From Nitrosopumilus sp. (GTDB taxonomy: Archaea > Thermoproteota > Nitrososphaeria > Nitrososphaerales > Nitrosopumilaceae): 64,000 bases of DNA. The stretch lies in NCBI GenBank assembly GCA_965204345.1, contig OZ241981.1:32001-96000 (forward strand). Reading direction: 5' to 3'. The notes beneath the pieces are model-generated. The model was not told where the DNA came from. It was given only the letters and a program-made list of their open reading frames with translations, and searched no databases. Position 1 is the stretch's first letter. Each line of letters begins with the position of its first letter. This document shows, piece by piece, positions 10,802-20,469 of the stretch. Both the position numbers and the translations under genes were made by a program.

Positions 10802-11627
10802 ACGAAGGGTTTACCTTGCAGCTTCCGTCTGAGTTTCTTAATTTTTTTGCCATTATGTATGGGGTAATCACTAGGACTGGAATTGAAACTGCAATAAACA
10901 GTGTCTGGAGCTGTGCTAGCGCAACTGATAATGCGATTCCGCTTGCCGTTCCTACAAATATTGACAAAAATGTACCTGCACAAGTTGGACATGCTATGAA
11001 CATTCCTGCTGCCGCACCCACCGTACTTGCACCTCTCTCCTTTTTAGACATTGCATATGCGCTTATTGCAATTGAGGCATTTAATCCCACTAAATATGAC
11101 ACAATAATTTGCAGTACCAGGTTTATTGGTATTATTTGCAATCCTACATGCTCTGTCAGATAGATGATTATCTTTGGCATGTATCCTGGTCCGTCACAGC
11201 ATGGCGCAACAAATCCTGACGGAATGGCTGCCCCATAATGTATTGCAAAGTTGACCTCCGGCTGATAAACCAATGTTCCTGAGACAAGCGAAAAGAATAT
11301 CCCATATCCGACAAATGTTGCAACAAAAATTCTGCGGGATTTTGTATTCCATGTCGCAAGTGCAATTATTGACAAAAGATCCCTTCTGCCTGCCTCTACT
11401 TTTTCTCTGTGGTACTTGTACATTCCAAACGCAATGGCTCCAAAGGAGGCTGCCAGTGTAATGTAAAACCCATATGCTATTCTTTGAACTGAATCAATCA
11501 CACCCGGAGTCAGCAATTCAGGATCCTGATATCTGCCATACATCAAAAACAAGATGGCAATCGTTGCAAATCCTACCGTGATCAGCTTTTTTCCCTTGTT
11601 GGATTTTTTGCCAGTCTGTTCCTCCAT
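10794..11627 (-). CDS. Multi-pass membrane protein with CC and CPTC motifs
   Basis: About 6 hydrophobic segments; APCCDG and IACPTCAG cysteine motifs. Confidence 0.75.
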   Translation of the reverse strand: MEEQTGKKSNKGKKLITVGFATIAILFLMYGRYQDPELLTPGVIDSVQRIAYGFYITLAASFGAIAFGMYKYHREKVEAGRRDLLSIIALATWNTKSRRIFVATFVGYGIFFSLVSGTLVYQPEVNFAIHYGAAIPSGFVAPCCDGPGYMPKIIIYLTEHVGLQIIPINLVLQIIVSYLVGLNASIAISAYAMSKKERGASTVGAAAGMFIACPTCAGTFLSIFVGTASGIALSVALAQLQTLFIAVSIPVLVITPYIMAKKLRNSDGSCKVNPSSK

Positions 11628-11662
11628 TCTTCTTATTTTTCACTGTGAAATTAAATCCTATC

Positions 11663-13477
11663 TTAGCTCAGTCTAGGCACAAAGATGTAGATTATGGCAA
11701 TTATCTCCAGCCTTCCAAATATCATCAGAAAGCTTAGAACGATCTTTGTTGCAGGATCTGTGTCAAAATTGATTATTCCTGCAGAAAGTCCTCCCGTGGT
11801 TATTACCCCTACTGATTCAAAAAATGCATCCTGGAACGGCACGTTCTCTATTTCTGCAAGATGCAGTCCTGACACTGCTGAGATTGATGGGAACAATGCA
11901 AGAATGATGAGTGTGGATATTAGCTCCTTTTTGGATTGCTCTGATAGCTTTGCCCTTTTTGCTTTGCTTAGCAATGCCGGAATGTCCCTTAGATGGAACA
12001 GTCTGAATATTTTCAAGCCTCCGGCAGTTGAAAAACCGCAACCCCCCACAAACATTAGTATTATCAGGACAGCATGTGCTCCTCCGTTTAATCCTGCAAG
12101 GCTTTCTTGCTGTAATCCTGCCGTGGTACTTGCAGATACTGAATAAAACGCACTCTGCATTGGATCCAGTCCGCTTAGCCCCATAAACAGAACAATTGCA
12201 CTGCTGAGAATCGCAAAATACGCCAGTACTTCTTTTCCAAGTTTTGGCGAAAGGAATTTTTTTCTTACAAACGCATAATGGAATGTAAATGGCAGTGCCC
12301 CTAGTATCATTGCCCCCATTAGGATTATGTGTTCCTGCCATAACAGCCCGTCAAGAATTGTGGATGTGGGCTTGAATCCGCCTGTCGCAAGTGTGCTCAT
12401 GGCCAGTGAAAAATTATCAATTATGCTTCCCTCATTAAAGATGTATAGCAGCAATGCAACAATCACAATGTAAATTGCAAAAATGACCGTAATGGTCAGG
12501 AAGAGCTCTTTCATATGCAGGGTTCTTCCTGATATAAAGCCCCTCATGGACTGCAGTTTTGATTCTGGATAGAACGCTGTAATTACCAGATAGATGAAAC
12601 TCATTCCTCCTACAAGCTGCGTATAGCTGCGAAAGAACGTGAAGCTTTGTGTTAGTTCTTCTGGCTTGTCAAAGAGGGATATGCCTCCTGTTGTAAATCC
12701 TGCGGCACTAGAAAAGAACGCATTTGCAAACACTTCCACATTGGTTTCATCACTGGGAAACACGTACAGATACGGCACCGTTCCAAACAGTGAGAGCAAA
12801 AACAGGCTTGAAAAGACCAGAATTGATGCCTGCTGCAGGTTTAGGCTTGATTTTTCACCATAAGAATTCAAAAAGAATCCTGTTACTAGCAAAAGCACCG
12901 TGGTGAGGTAAATTCCTGTCGCAGTTAATGGATCCTCTAGGACTGTCGCAACAATTGCAGGAACAAGCAGCAACACTCCTGCAAACTGCAAAACAAAGCC
13001 CAGGTTTCCCAAAATTGTCTTTACCGGCGGACTCAAAAGCCGAGGCGGAGTTGCAGTGGCATCCCTGATTACATTTGCAATAGTTGTTTGATAAACCATG
13101 CCAACGACCTGGTTTTTCTTTGATAATACCGGAAGCTTTCTGATGTTGTTATCTCGCATTTTGTGCAACGCTTCCTGCAATGTTGTTTTTTCACCAACTG
13201 TGATAAGCGGCGCACTCATCACATCCTTTAGCGTTGTGACCTCTGCGTAAACTGTAACATCGCTAACCTTGCTTAAAATGTCTTCATCTGTGACAATTCC
13301 AACCGGATTCCTTTCTTTGTCTGTAACAATTATGTCGTCTGTCTCATAGTGGCGCAGCATTCTGGCCGCTTCACTGGTTTGCGTATCTGAATTTAGGATC
13401 AAGACATCCTTGTCCATATAGTTTGTAACGTACTTGCTTAGGACATATGATACTGCCCGTTCCGGATTTGTTGACAT
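11663..13477 (-). CDS. trkH: CBS-domain-fused TrkH/KtrB potassium uptake membrane protein
   Basis: N-terminal CBS pair (VGIVTDEDIL; IRKLPVL) plus pore motifs FTTGG, LATGG, STTAG, ITTGG, and STAGGLKIFR, GRLEI. Confidence 0.88.
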   Translation of the reverse strand: MSTNPERAVSYVLSKYVTNYMDKDVLILNSDTQTSEAARMLRHYETDDIIVTDKERNPVGIVTDEDILSKVSDVTVYAEVTTLKDVMSAPLITVGEKTTLQEALHKMRDNNIRKLPVLSKKNQVVGMVYQTTIANVIRDATATPPRLLSPPVKTILGNLGFVLQFAGVLLLVPAIVATVLEDPLTATGIYLTTVLLLVTGFFLNSYGEKSSLNLQQASILVFSSLFLLSLFGTVPYLYVFPSDETNVEVFANAFFSSAAGFTTGGISLFDKPEELTQSFTFFRSYTQLVGGMSFIYLVITAFYPESKLQSMRGFISGRTLHMKELFLTITVIFAIYIVIVALLLYIFNEGSIIDNFSLAMSTLATGGFKPTSTILDGLLWQEHIILMGAMILGALPFTFHYAFVRKKFLSPKLGKEVLAYFAILSSAIVLFMGLSGLDPMQSAFYSVSASTTAGLQQESLAGLNGGAHAVLIILMFVGGCGFSTAGGLKIFRLFHLRDIPALLSKAKRAKLSEQSKKELISTLIILALFPSISAVSGLHLAEIENVPFQDAFFESVGVITTGGLSAGIINFDTDPATKIVLSFLMIFGRLEIIAIIYIFVPRLS

Positions 13478-13619
13478 TAAGCTATCCTTAGTTGGGGATT
13501 TTAAATAATTTGGGATTACTCGATAGTCTTGATCGTTAAAAAATAGTTAACCTACTTGATTTTGATCTCGCCTTTTTGCTATCTTTATAAGCATTAAATG
13601 CAAAGCTTAAGCGTATACA

Positions 13620-14045
13620 ATGGAAATTGATCAAGCACAAGAGCCTGATTACGAGTCTGTAAAGATTGACTATATTGGGTTTGTTGATCCATACGCTGTA
13701 GAAGGCATGGTTATTCTAAGGTCTGATAATGACAAAGAATTCCACATGCGCGCTTTCTCTGGGGAGGTTGCAAAGCATATCTCAAGTTTTGATGAGCCTG
13801 ATGGCGGGGCTGCCCCCTCTATCTACAAAATGATTGAAGAAATTTGTGAAGAAAACGAGCTGGTTTTAGTTAAAGTAAAAATTTATGAGAGTGGCCAGGT
13901 TCTACGCGCAAACCTCTACTTTACAGGCAAAAAAGACCTTGTTTTGAGAAATTATCGTGCATCTGATGCCATGGCATTGGGTGCGTTTTACAAAATTCCA
14001 ATACTTGTCCGAAAAAATCTGCTAAAAGAAAGCGTGGAAGCATAG
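13620..14045 (+). CDS. Bifunctional nuclease domain protein (DUF151)
   Basis: RASDAMALG...PILV motif. Confidence 0.75.
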   Translation: MEIDQAQEPDYESVKIDYIGFVDPYAVEGMVILRSDNDKEFHMRAFSGEVAKHISSFDEPDGGAAPSIYKMIEEICEENELVLVKVKIYESGQVLRANLYFTGKKDLVLRNYRASDAMALGAFYKIPILVRKNLLKESVEA

Positions 14046-14731
14046 TCTTTACATGTTTTATAATCAGATGGTTTTTTTCAGTTTTTTGGCAGTGTGCCCT
14101 AAATGAGCAAGAACCTCTTGTGAGTTAGAAATTAGTCTATTTGCATTGGCTTGCATCTTTGACTCCTAGGTGTCCTCTTTTTCTCCTGTGCTGTACCGGG
14201 TTCCTTCCTTTGGTCTGGCACTTTGCATTCAAGTGTCTGCTTGGACAAGACTGGTTCTGTTGCTCTTTTTCTTTTAGGCATTATCTATGACTGCAAATGT
14301 GGGCAATGGACACACTTGGTATCAAAGCACGCTTCATAATTCGGCAAACTCATCATCTATCAGATATAGCTTAGTTTGTTGGTTAATCATCAGCATTCTT
14401 TCTTATGGTTGGCAATGATATGTTATTAATATTATTATTATTCCGTCTGTCTGCCATGACTTTTTGATGTGATTTGTTTTAATTTTATTGTGGCCAATTC
14501 TGAAAAAGCATGCAAGCAGCATGTCGTACTGCAAATCACTGCTAGGTGCCATGGTGCAATCAAAATTACCAAGCACGGCAGTCCTAAAAGTGTATGATAC
14601 AAAGCGTCACATGTAGAGCTGTGGTTTAGCCGGACTAGCAATCAAAGAGGAATGCAAAGAGGCAAATTTGAGTGGGAACTTGCAAATGTTAGAACATGTG
14701 TCATAAAGGAATTGCTTGTAAAGCCTGAAAA

Positions 14732-14995
14732 CTAGTATCTGACCTTTCTGATCAGGTGCGGTTCCTTTAGCATAATTGTATTGTCGTCCTTTGTTGATGA
14801 CAATTCGACTTGCTTGAGATTGTGGCTTGTAATCACGATTAATGCCTCGCATCTTAAACAAAGGACTGTCTTGCCATTTGATCTTTCTTCCCTAACTAGG
14901 TCCTTTTCTAGCCTGTCCTCTTTTTGGCATGTTGGACAGAGCTTGGGCTCTTTTAGAATCATGATGATTTCCTTGATGAAAATGGTTTTTCCCAT
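14732..14995 (-). CDS. Zinc-ribbon hypothetical protein
   Basis: CPTC...CLRC. Confidence 0.65.
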   Translation of the reverse strand: MGKTIFIKEIIMILKEPKLCPTCQKEDRLEKDLVREERSNGKTVLCLRCEALIVITSHNLKQVELSSTKDDNTIMLKEPHLIRKVRY

Positions 14996-15172
14996 ATTGG
15001 TAGTTTTTACCTGGTCACTAAAGAGTTTGTGTTGTTAATTGGCATCAGCAATCCGTTTTGAATGTCAAACCGTTTTAATCATTCAAAATTAGAATGATTG
15101 GTATTCAATATATTCCCAACCTAACCAATTAACAATCTCTGGTGCCCCCTCTTGAAAATATATTTTTTTACT

Positions 15173-15313
15173 CTAGATTGATTTTTTCAATAATTCATTG
15201 ATTGCTTTGGAATAACTAAACGATGCGTTTTCCTTTTGTATTTTCCTTGACTGATACTCTCTAATTTTTTTATCAAGATCACGGTTGATGACTATGGTTA
15301 CCCGTTTTGTCAT
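15173..15313 (-). CDS. Small ribbon-helix-helix-like protein (46 aa)
   Basis: Manual translation MTKRVTIVINRDLDKKIREYQSRKIQKENASFSYSKAINELLKKSI; alternating beta-strand RVTIVI then two helices; below ORF-track cutoff. Confidence 0.65.
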   Translation of the reverse strand: MTKRVTIVINRDLDKKIREYQSRKIQKENASFSYSKAINELLKKSI

Positions 15314-15506
15314 GACTTTCTTTTTTGTTTTCAATGTAAATGACCTCGCTGATCATCCCTCATACTAATCCTTAAGTTTTTAGATGAAATTTTTTATATT
15401 TTACAATTTTTTAATGAATTTTATGAAATAAATAATATTAAACCTTAAATAGTTATTTGTATTACAATAATCAATGTTGTTAGTTATAAAATCTGGCGAC
15501 TAAATT

Positions 15507-15599
15507 GCGCTGCCCCGCAGAACAAAAAAAGTAATTCAGGTGTCAGACACTTGACCACAAGAGAGAATCTCTCATAGTTCTGCAGTTAGGGGTCTGCGC
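15507..15599 (+). ncRNA. Candidate structured non-coding RNA (three-way junction)
   Basis: GC-rich patch in AT-rich intergenic DNA. gcgc/cccc/gcagaac pair with gttctgc/gggg/gcgc; internal hairpins at 15536-15554 and 15561-15573; TATA-like boxes upstream and a T-tract downstream. Confidence 0.5.
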
Positions 15600-15620
15600 C
15601 CTTTTGTTTTATTTTAATTA

Positions 15621-15806
15621 TCATCTTGATTTTTTAGATCTTGGTTTTGTTCTCAAGACTGCCTTGCAGCAAATGCATCTGACATCCTGCGATAAAAGAA
15701 AAATTCCACAAAATGTGCATCTTTTTTGTCCTACTTCGTACCTAATTCTGTTAGGTACCGGCTTTGCCTTGTATCTCTGGCAAATATTGTTACATGTTCT
15801 GCCCAA
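15621..15806 (-). CDS. Small Cys-rich zinc-finger protein
   Basis: CNNIC...RYEVGQKRCTFC...CICCKAVLR, a Cys spacing typical of a thaumarchaeal small-protein family. Confidence 0.7.
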   Translation of the reverse strand: MGRTCNNICQRYKAKPVPNRIRYEVGQKRCTFCGIFLLSQDVRCICCKAVLRTKPRSKKSR

Positions 15807-15879
15807 AAATATCTCCCTGTGGAAATTTGGTTTTTATGATATTTGAGTTGTATGTGTTTTTTTTCACTAGTGATAATTT

Positions 15880-16728
15880 TTAGGCTGTTTTGATAATTTT
15901 TGGAATGTCATTTAGTGCTATATTTGAAATGATTTTGGCATCAAATTTTGGAGGACTCTCCCCCTGAACTGCAAGTCCTCCTACTAGAACAGAGACTTCT
16001 GAATGTTCTTTGATCTTTTTTACTAATCTCTGGCCTGCCTGAATGTTGTCTTTAATCGTAATTGACAAGAACACGATGTCTGGCTTTTCATCATCGATAA
16101 AGTTCAGTATGGCTTCTGTTGGAATGGACGTTCCCATGTTGTATGTTTTAAATCCTTTAGATGAGAGGTATGTTTCAAGCACATCGCATCCCAGTCTGTG
16201 CTCCTCGCCTACTGGAACACAGATTAAAACTTTCTTCTTCTTTTGATTTCCAGACACATGTTTCATTATTTTACTTATCAGAATTTGTGCTGTATTGCTT
16301 GCAATGTGTTCTGTGGCAATGCTGATTTTATTAGTGACCCAATCCTCCCCAATCTTATACATGACTGGCTTGAGGACTGTCTCCAAGAAATTCACAAAAT
16401 TAAAACTGTCTGTATATTCTTCATACAGTTTTAGTGCGTCTTGAGTGTTCCCTTCTGTCAGTCTTTTATACAGTTTCTCTTGAATTTTTTTTGTAGCATT
16501 TTGACTGTTTTTAATATTTTTTGGATTATATTTTGCTACTGCTGATAATATTTTGGAATCTTTTCTGTAATCTACCGGTATGTCCTCCTCAGTTATCTCT
16601 GATGCTTTTCCAAAATACTTTATGATTTCTTGCTTTGATGTCTTCTTTTTTGAGTCCCATACACTTTTGACAAGATAGAGATATTGGTCGGATTTTACGT
16701 TTTTTACCCTGATGTATGCCATGATCAA
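15880..16728 (-). CDS. Cobalamin (B12)-binding domain protein with CarH-type W-x9-EH motif
   Basis: WVTNKISIATEH (W-x9-EH), EEHRLG (ExHxxG), Rossmann-type PDIVFLS...VLVGG. Confidence 0.85.
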   Translation of the reverse strand: MIMAYIRVKNVKSDQYLYLVKSVWDSKKKTSKQEIIKYFGKASEITEEDIPVDYRKDSKILSAVAKYNPKNIKNSQNATKKIQEKLYKRLTEGNTQDALKLYEEYTDSFNFVNFLETVLKPVMYKIGEDWVTNKISIATEHIASNTAQILISKIMKHVSGNQKKKKVLICVPVGEEHRLGCDVLETYLSSKGFKTYNMGTSIPTEAILNFIDDEKPDIVFLSITIKDNIQAGQRLVKKIKEHSEVSVLVGGLAVQGESPPKFDAKIISNIALNDIPKIIKTA

Positions 16729-16865
16729 CTTTTCCTGTCATGGCATATAACTAATGCTAACTTTATGCTATAGTGCTAACAATGATATTTTTGAGATTTT
16801 TTGTGCCTAGTAATCCTGATAATTAGCACTAGTAATTTATTTTAACACTAGGTTATATACAATGA

Positions 16866-17807
16866 GTGAGGACAGTCAACATGAAAGCAGCAGCAGCAAC
16901 AACAGCAATAACTGCAATATCGGCAATTGGATTGCTATTGGCAGTAACCTCAACTGTACCTACTGCCTATGCGGATGTCCCAGAATGGGTAAAGAACACC
17001 GCCGGCTGGTGGGCAGATGATGTTATTACCGAATCTGAATTTATTTCAGGTGTTGAATTTTTGATTGCAGATGGAATCATTGAGGTTCCGCCATCAGCTG
17101 TCTCCTCTGAGGTATCTAAGAGCGTTCCGGACTGGGTAAAGAACACCGCCGGCTGGTGGGCAGATGATGTTATTACTGATGGTGAATTTCTAGGTGCAAT
17201 TCAATACTTGGTAAAATCCGGACTCATTTCAGTATCTGTTGGTTCCCAACCTGTGCAATCCCCTCCAGCTGATTTGACTGGCGGCGATTCAAAATTGGCC
17301 GCACTTGAGGCAGAATTAGAAAAATGCTCTGAAATTCTCAAAGCATACAAAAGAATTGACTGTGAAAAACCGCTCAACAAGGCCATAATGCTTCACATGT
17401 ATCAAACAGATGCTGAGACTATCGAAATTGGGCCAATCACATACTATTGGTTTGGCCTTGGCTCTGAGGGAAATGAGTTTGAAATAACTCCGACTGGACA
17501 GCCAATACTGACAATTCGCATGCTGGCAGAAAATACCAGCTCAGAGATTGCCGCAATCAATTGCACCAGTCCCTCCATCTGTGCATATGATGTCTGGGAT
17601 GGTTCCAAGGTCTTCAAGTATTCTGGAATGGACTTTACCAGCGGACAGATTGTGTTGAATCCTGGTGATTCAAGGGAATTTAATTTTCTCTTTGGACCAA
17701 ACATTGGATATGGTGGCACAGAGTTTGAGTATGACTCTTCAAAGGCATACGCCTTTAGAATCAATGAGGACTTTGGCAGTGCAAGCATTCCATTGAAACT
17801 AGAGTGA
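16866..17807 (+). CDS. Secreted protein with two thaumarchaeal PxWVKNTAGWW repeats
   Basis: Signal peptide; two VP(E/D)WVKNTAGWWADDVIT repeats; C-terminal beta-rich domain. Confidence 0.8.
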   Translation: MRTVNMKAAAATTAITAISAIGLLLAVTSTVPTAYADVPEWVKNTAGWWADDVITESEFISGVEFLIADGIIEVPPSAVSSEVSKSVPDWVKNTAGWWADDVITDGEFLGAIQYLVKSGLISVSVGSQPVQSPPADLTGGDSKLAALEAELEKCSEILKAYKRIDCEKPLNKAIMLHMYQTDAETIEIGPITYYWFGLGSEGNEFEITPTGQPILTIRMLAENTSSEIAAINCTSPSICAYDVWDGSKVFKYSGMDFTSGQIVLNPGDSREFNFLFGPNIGYGGTEFEYDSSKAYAFRINEDFGSASIPLKLE

Positions 17808-17849
17808 TATACACACTCTCTCCCTCCTTTTCTTCTTTTTATCTGAGTT

Positions 17850-18941
17850 TTATGTGACTATTTCATCCAGTCTGTCTTCTTCCTGGGCTCGCTTTATCTC
17901 CATTGCAATCCTTCGGCCAACGCCAAATGTCTGCCCGTACTGGTACTTTGTATATGGGCTAGTCGTGGCTACAATTGGATTTCCTGGGACTCTAAGTGAC
18001 ACATCATACACAACTAATTCCAAATCCTTTGTAATTACGCTTTGTAATGAAAACGGCCCAATTATTCCGGGAGCATACTCCTTTTTGACTGCTTTTACAA
18101 ACCTGTCTCCAATTTTGAGCACTTTTTCAAGCAGTGATTCTCTTATGCTTGCAGGGGTATGACCTACCTCGATGTTTTGCAAATCAATGTCCATCTCTAG
18201 CTGCTCTCTTGCCGGCAGCGCATTATAATCATGAATATTTGTTTGCAGTCTTCTCTCAATTCCAATAAAATCAACCTGGCTTGAGATTGGCGTATGAAAG
18301 AAATTAAAATTCATGTATGTCCCTACTGCCAGTTCCTCTATGCTTGCCTTTTCAAGATCTTTTTTGGCAATTACCCCCTGTCTTATTTTCTCATCTGATT
18401 TTTGTATGTAGTCTTTGTATGATGAGACCGTAAAGAATGCTCTTTCTAGCGGCCTGTTTTTTTCCTGAACCTTGACAATAGATGGCTTGCTGATTTTTTT
18501 GGGATCCCTGAACAGTCTTGGATATTTTATCCCGGCCTTCTCTAGCAGGTAATACTGCCCTTTCTTGGCTGTTCTCTCCTCGGCCTGGAACAGCCTTCTA
18601 TTTCCAAAGATTGGAACCCTAAATGAATCCTCTATCGTTTTGTATCCCAGGTAAACTGTAAGTGATCTGTGTGGAACTATGATTGTATTTGAATCCCTCA
18701 GCTCTTTTTGATATTTTGCTGATGCCATATCCTTGAACCTGTCCAATACTGTGATCTCATCTGCGATTCTGTCGAATCTCTGATACGGTTCTTCCCTGCC
18801 TTTTTGACAAAAGACCCTTGTTTGAAAATCCTCATCCTTTGCACCATCCATTATTTCAAGCGCCGAATGACTGCCAAGGACTCCTATCTTTACATCCGAA
18901 TAACTGCTGACTATTTTCCTGATTTCAGAACTTTTTATCAT
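17850..18941 (-). CDS. purP: Formate--phosphoribosylaminoimidazolecarboxamide ligase (PurP family)
   Basis: IGVLGSHSALEIMDGAKDE, ATP-grasp, GIIGPFSLQ, GRRIAMEIK. Confidence 0.9.
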   Translation of the reverse strand: MIKSSEIRKIVSSYSDVKIGVLGSHSALEIMDGAKDEDFQTRVFCQKGREEPYQRFDRIADEITVLDRFKDMASAKYQKELRDSNTIIVPHRSLTVYLGYKTIEDSFRVPIFGNRRLFQAEERTAKKGQYYLLEKAGIKYPRLFRDPKKISKPSIVKVQEKNRPLERAFFTVSSYKDYIQKSDEKIRQGVIAKKDLEKASIEELAVGTYMNFNFFHTPISSQVDFIGIERRLQTNIHDYNALPAREQLEMDIDLQNIEVGHTPASIRESLLEKVLKIGDRFVKAVKKEYAPGIIGPFSLQSVITKDLELVVYDVSLRVPGNPIVATTSPYTKYQYGQTFGVGRRIAMEIKRAQEEDRLDEIVT

Positions 18942-19039
18942 GCTATGCCTAGATGGTGGGATGTAATATAGCTAATTTTTGCTTTCGTTGATCGGTCTGA
19001 ATCAGTAGGCTTTTTTTCAGTCAAAAGCTGACACAAACC

Positions 19040-19183
19040 ATGCTTTATAATTTTGAACTGCAGATGGCCGGAGTAATTTTGCTTGCTGCCATGGCAGCAG
19101 GCGGCATTTCCCTGTGGATAAAACGAAGAAAAGCAAGTCAGGAGTTGGGAAATCCTGAGGATAAAGAGCCAGAAAACCTTTGA
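19040..19183 (+). CDS. Small single-pass membrane protein (47 aa)
   Basis: Manual translation MLYNFELQMAGVILLAAMAAGGISLWIKRRKASQELGNPEDKEPENL: TM helix followed by KRRK. Confidence 0.5.
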   Translation: MLYNFELQMAGVILLAAMAAGGISLWIKRRKASQELGNPEDKEPENL

Positions 19184-19244
19184 TGCATAAATCTGGCTTT
19201 TGCATTGTAATAACATAAAATACTCGACTATCTAAGGCTAGGTA

Positions 19245-19802
19245 TTGAAGCTGATAATTGGAATTACTGGCAGCACCGGTGCAATTTATGGTGTCAGAAT
19301 GCTTGAGACCCTGAAAAAATTAGACGTTAAAACACACCTGATAATATCTGAGTGGGGTCAAAAATGCATCTCTATGGAGACTGATTTTAGTTATGATTAT
19401 GTCAAATCCCTTGCAACACACACTTCTGATGAAAAAAATATGGCATCTAGCATTTCTAGTGGCACACACAAAATTGACGGAATGGTTGTTGCTCCCTGCA
19501 GCATGAAGACCCTTGCAGCCATTGCAAGTGGCTATGATGATACCCTTGTGGCACGTGCGGCAGGTGTTACAATCAAGGAATCCCGAAAACTAGTTTTGAT
19601 GGTTAGGGAGACTCCCCTTTCTGCAATTCATTTGGAAAACATGCTAAAACTATCTAGGCTGGGCATTGTTATTTTGCCCCCTGTTACTGAATTTTACACC
19701 AAGCCCAAGTCCATTGATGATATAGTAAATCACGGCGTCGGAAAATGCCTGGATCAATTTAACGTAGAGCACGATTTATACCCACGATGGGGCACCTTCT
19801 AA
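19245..19802 (+). CDS. ubiX: Flavin prenyltransferase UbiX
   Basis: IIGITGSTG, ASSISSG, APCSMKTLA, RETPL, YPRWG. Confidence 0.93.
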   Translation: MKLIIGITGSTGAIYGVRMLETLKKLDVKTHLIISEWGQKCISMETDFSYDYVKSLATHTSDEKNMASSISSGTHKIDGMVVAPCSMKTLAAIASGYDDTLVARAAGVTIKESRKLVLMVRETPLSAIHLENMLKLSRLGIVILPPVTEFYTKPKSIDDIVNHGVGKCLDQFNVEHDLYPRWGTF

Positions 19803-19809
19803 AATACAG

Positions 19810-20238
19810 TTGCCAAAGTTCTCTCTTGAAAAAACAGCTGACAATAGCAGGGGAATTGTCTTTGAAACATTCTCAAATTTTAAAGACTATCAAAAACTGA
19901 TTCCACAGCACTATCCTTCCATCCGCGTTAGGTCTGTCCGTGGAAACGTATCTGTGGTTGAGGAGCATCTGATTTTAGGCAATCTTGAACTGCTAATCAT
20001 GGCAAAACACATTTCCCAAAATCCAACACTTCACGAAATCTTTGTAATTGGCGGTGATGCAAAGGGCAGTCACATAAGGCAAGAGTTCGTTGAGCTTCAA
20101 AAAGGAACAAAGATCCTAGTTGACGTTGACCTAAAACTAGGGGGCAGCCTGAAACTTTCCTGCATGCTTGGAAAGAGTAACCTCAAAGATGACTATGGTA
20201 AGATTCTAGACGATCTTGTTAAACTTGCTGAAAACTAG
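19810..20238 (+). CDS. SRPBCC/polyketide cyclase-like protein
   Basis: Size and pattern (FETFSNFKDYQKLIP, beta-rich middle, C-terminal helix). Confidence 0.65.
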   Translation: MPKFSLEKTADNSRGIVFETFSNFKDYQKLIPQHYPSIRVRSVRGNVSVVEEHLILGNLELLIMAKHISQNPTLHEIFVIGGDAKGSHIRQEFVELQKGTKILVDVDLKLGGSLKLSCMLGKSNLKDDYGKILDDLVKLAEN

Positions 20239-20441
20239 TCTGCCTTTGTCTCCTTGTCTTTGAAATCCTTGAGTTCCTTGTCGCCCTCAATTTTTCCCTT
20301 TTCAAATTCTCCCCTGGCCTTGCCAAACGTCTTGGCAAGCTCTGGAATCTTTTTTGCCCCAAAAATGAGCACCCCGATAACTATCACAATGATGACTAGT
20401 TCTCCGCCCTGTGGAATAAAGTTTGATACGCTTTCAAGCAT
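20235..20441 (-). CDS. tatA: Twin-arginine translocase TatA
   Basis: ELVIIVIVIGVLIFGAKKIPELAKTFGKA. Confidence 0.92.
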   Translation of the reverse strand: MLESVSNFIPQGGELVIIVIVIGVLIFGAKKIPELAKTFGKARGEFEKGKIEGDKELKDFKDKETKAD

Positions 20442-20469
20442 TGCTAGTTATTATTTGATGATTTTAGAT

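Noticed and set aside
11694-12906. Numerous antisense ORFs overlapping long genes (here and throughout the window)
   Set aside because: Shadow ORFs of well-supported genes on the opposite strand or in another frame.
18938-19216. Two minus-strand ORFs upstream of purP
   Set aside because: Atypical composition; the plus-strand 47-aa TM ORF at 19040-19183 is more plausible.
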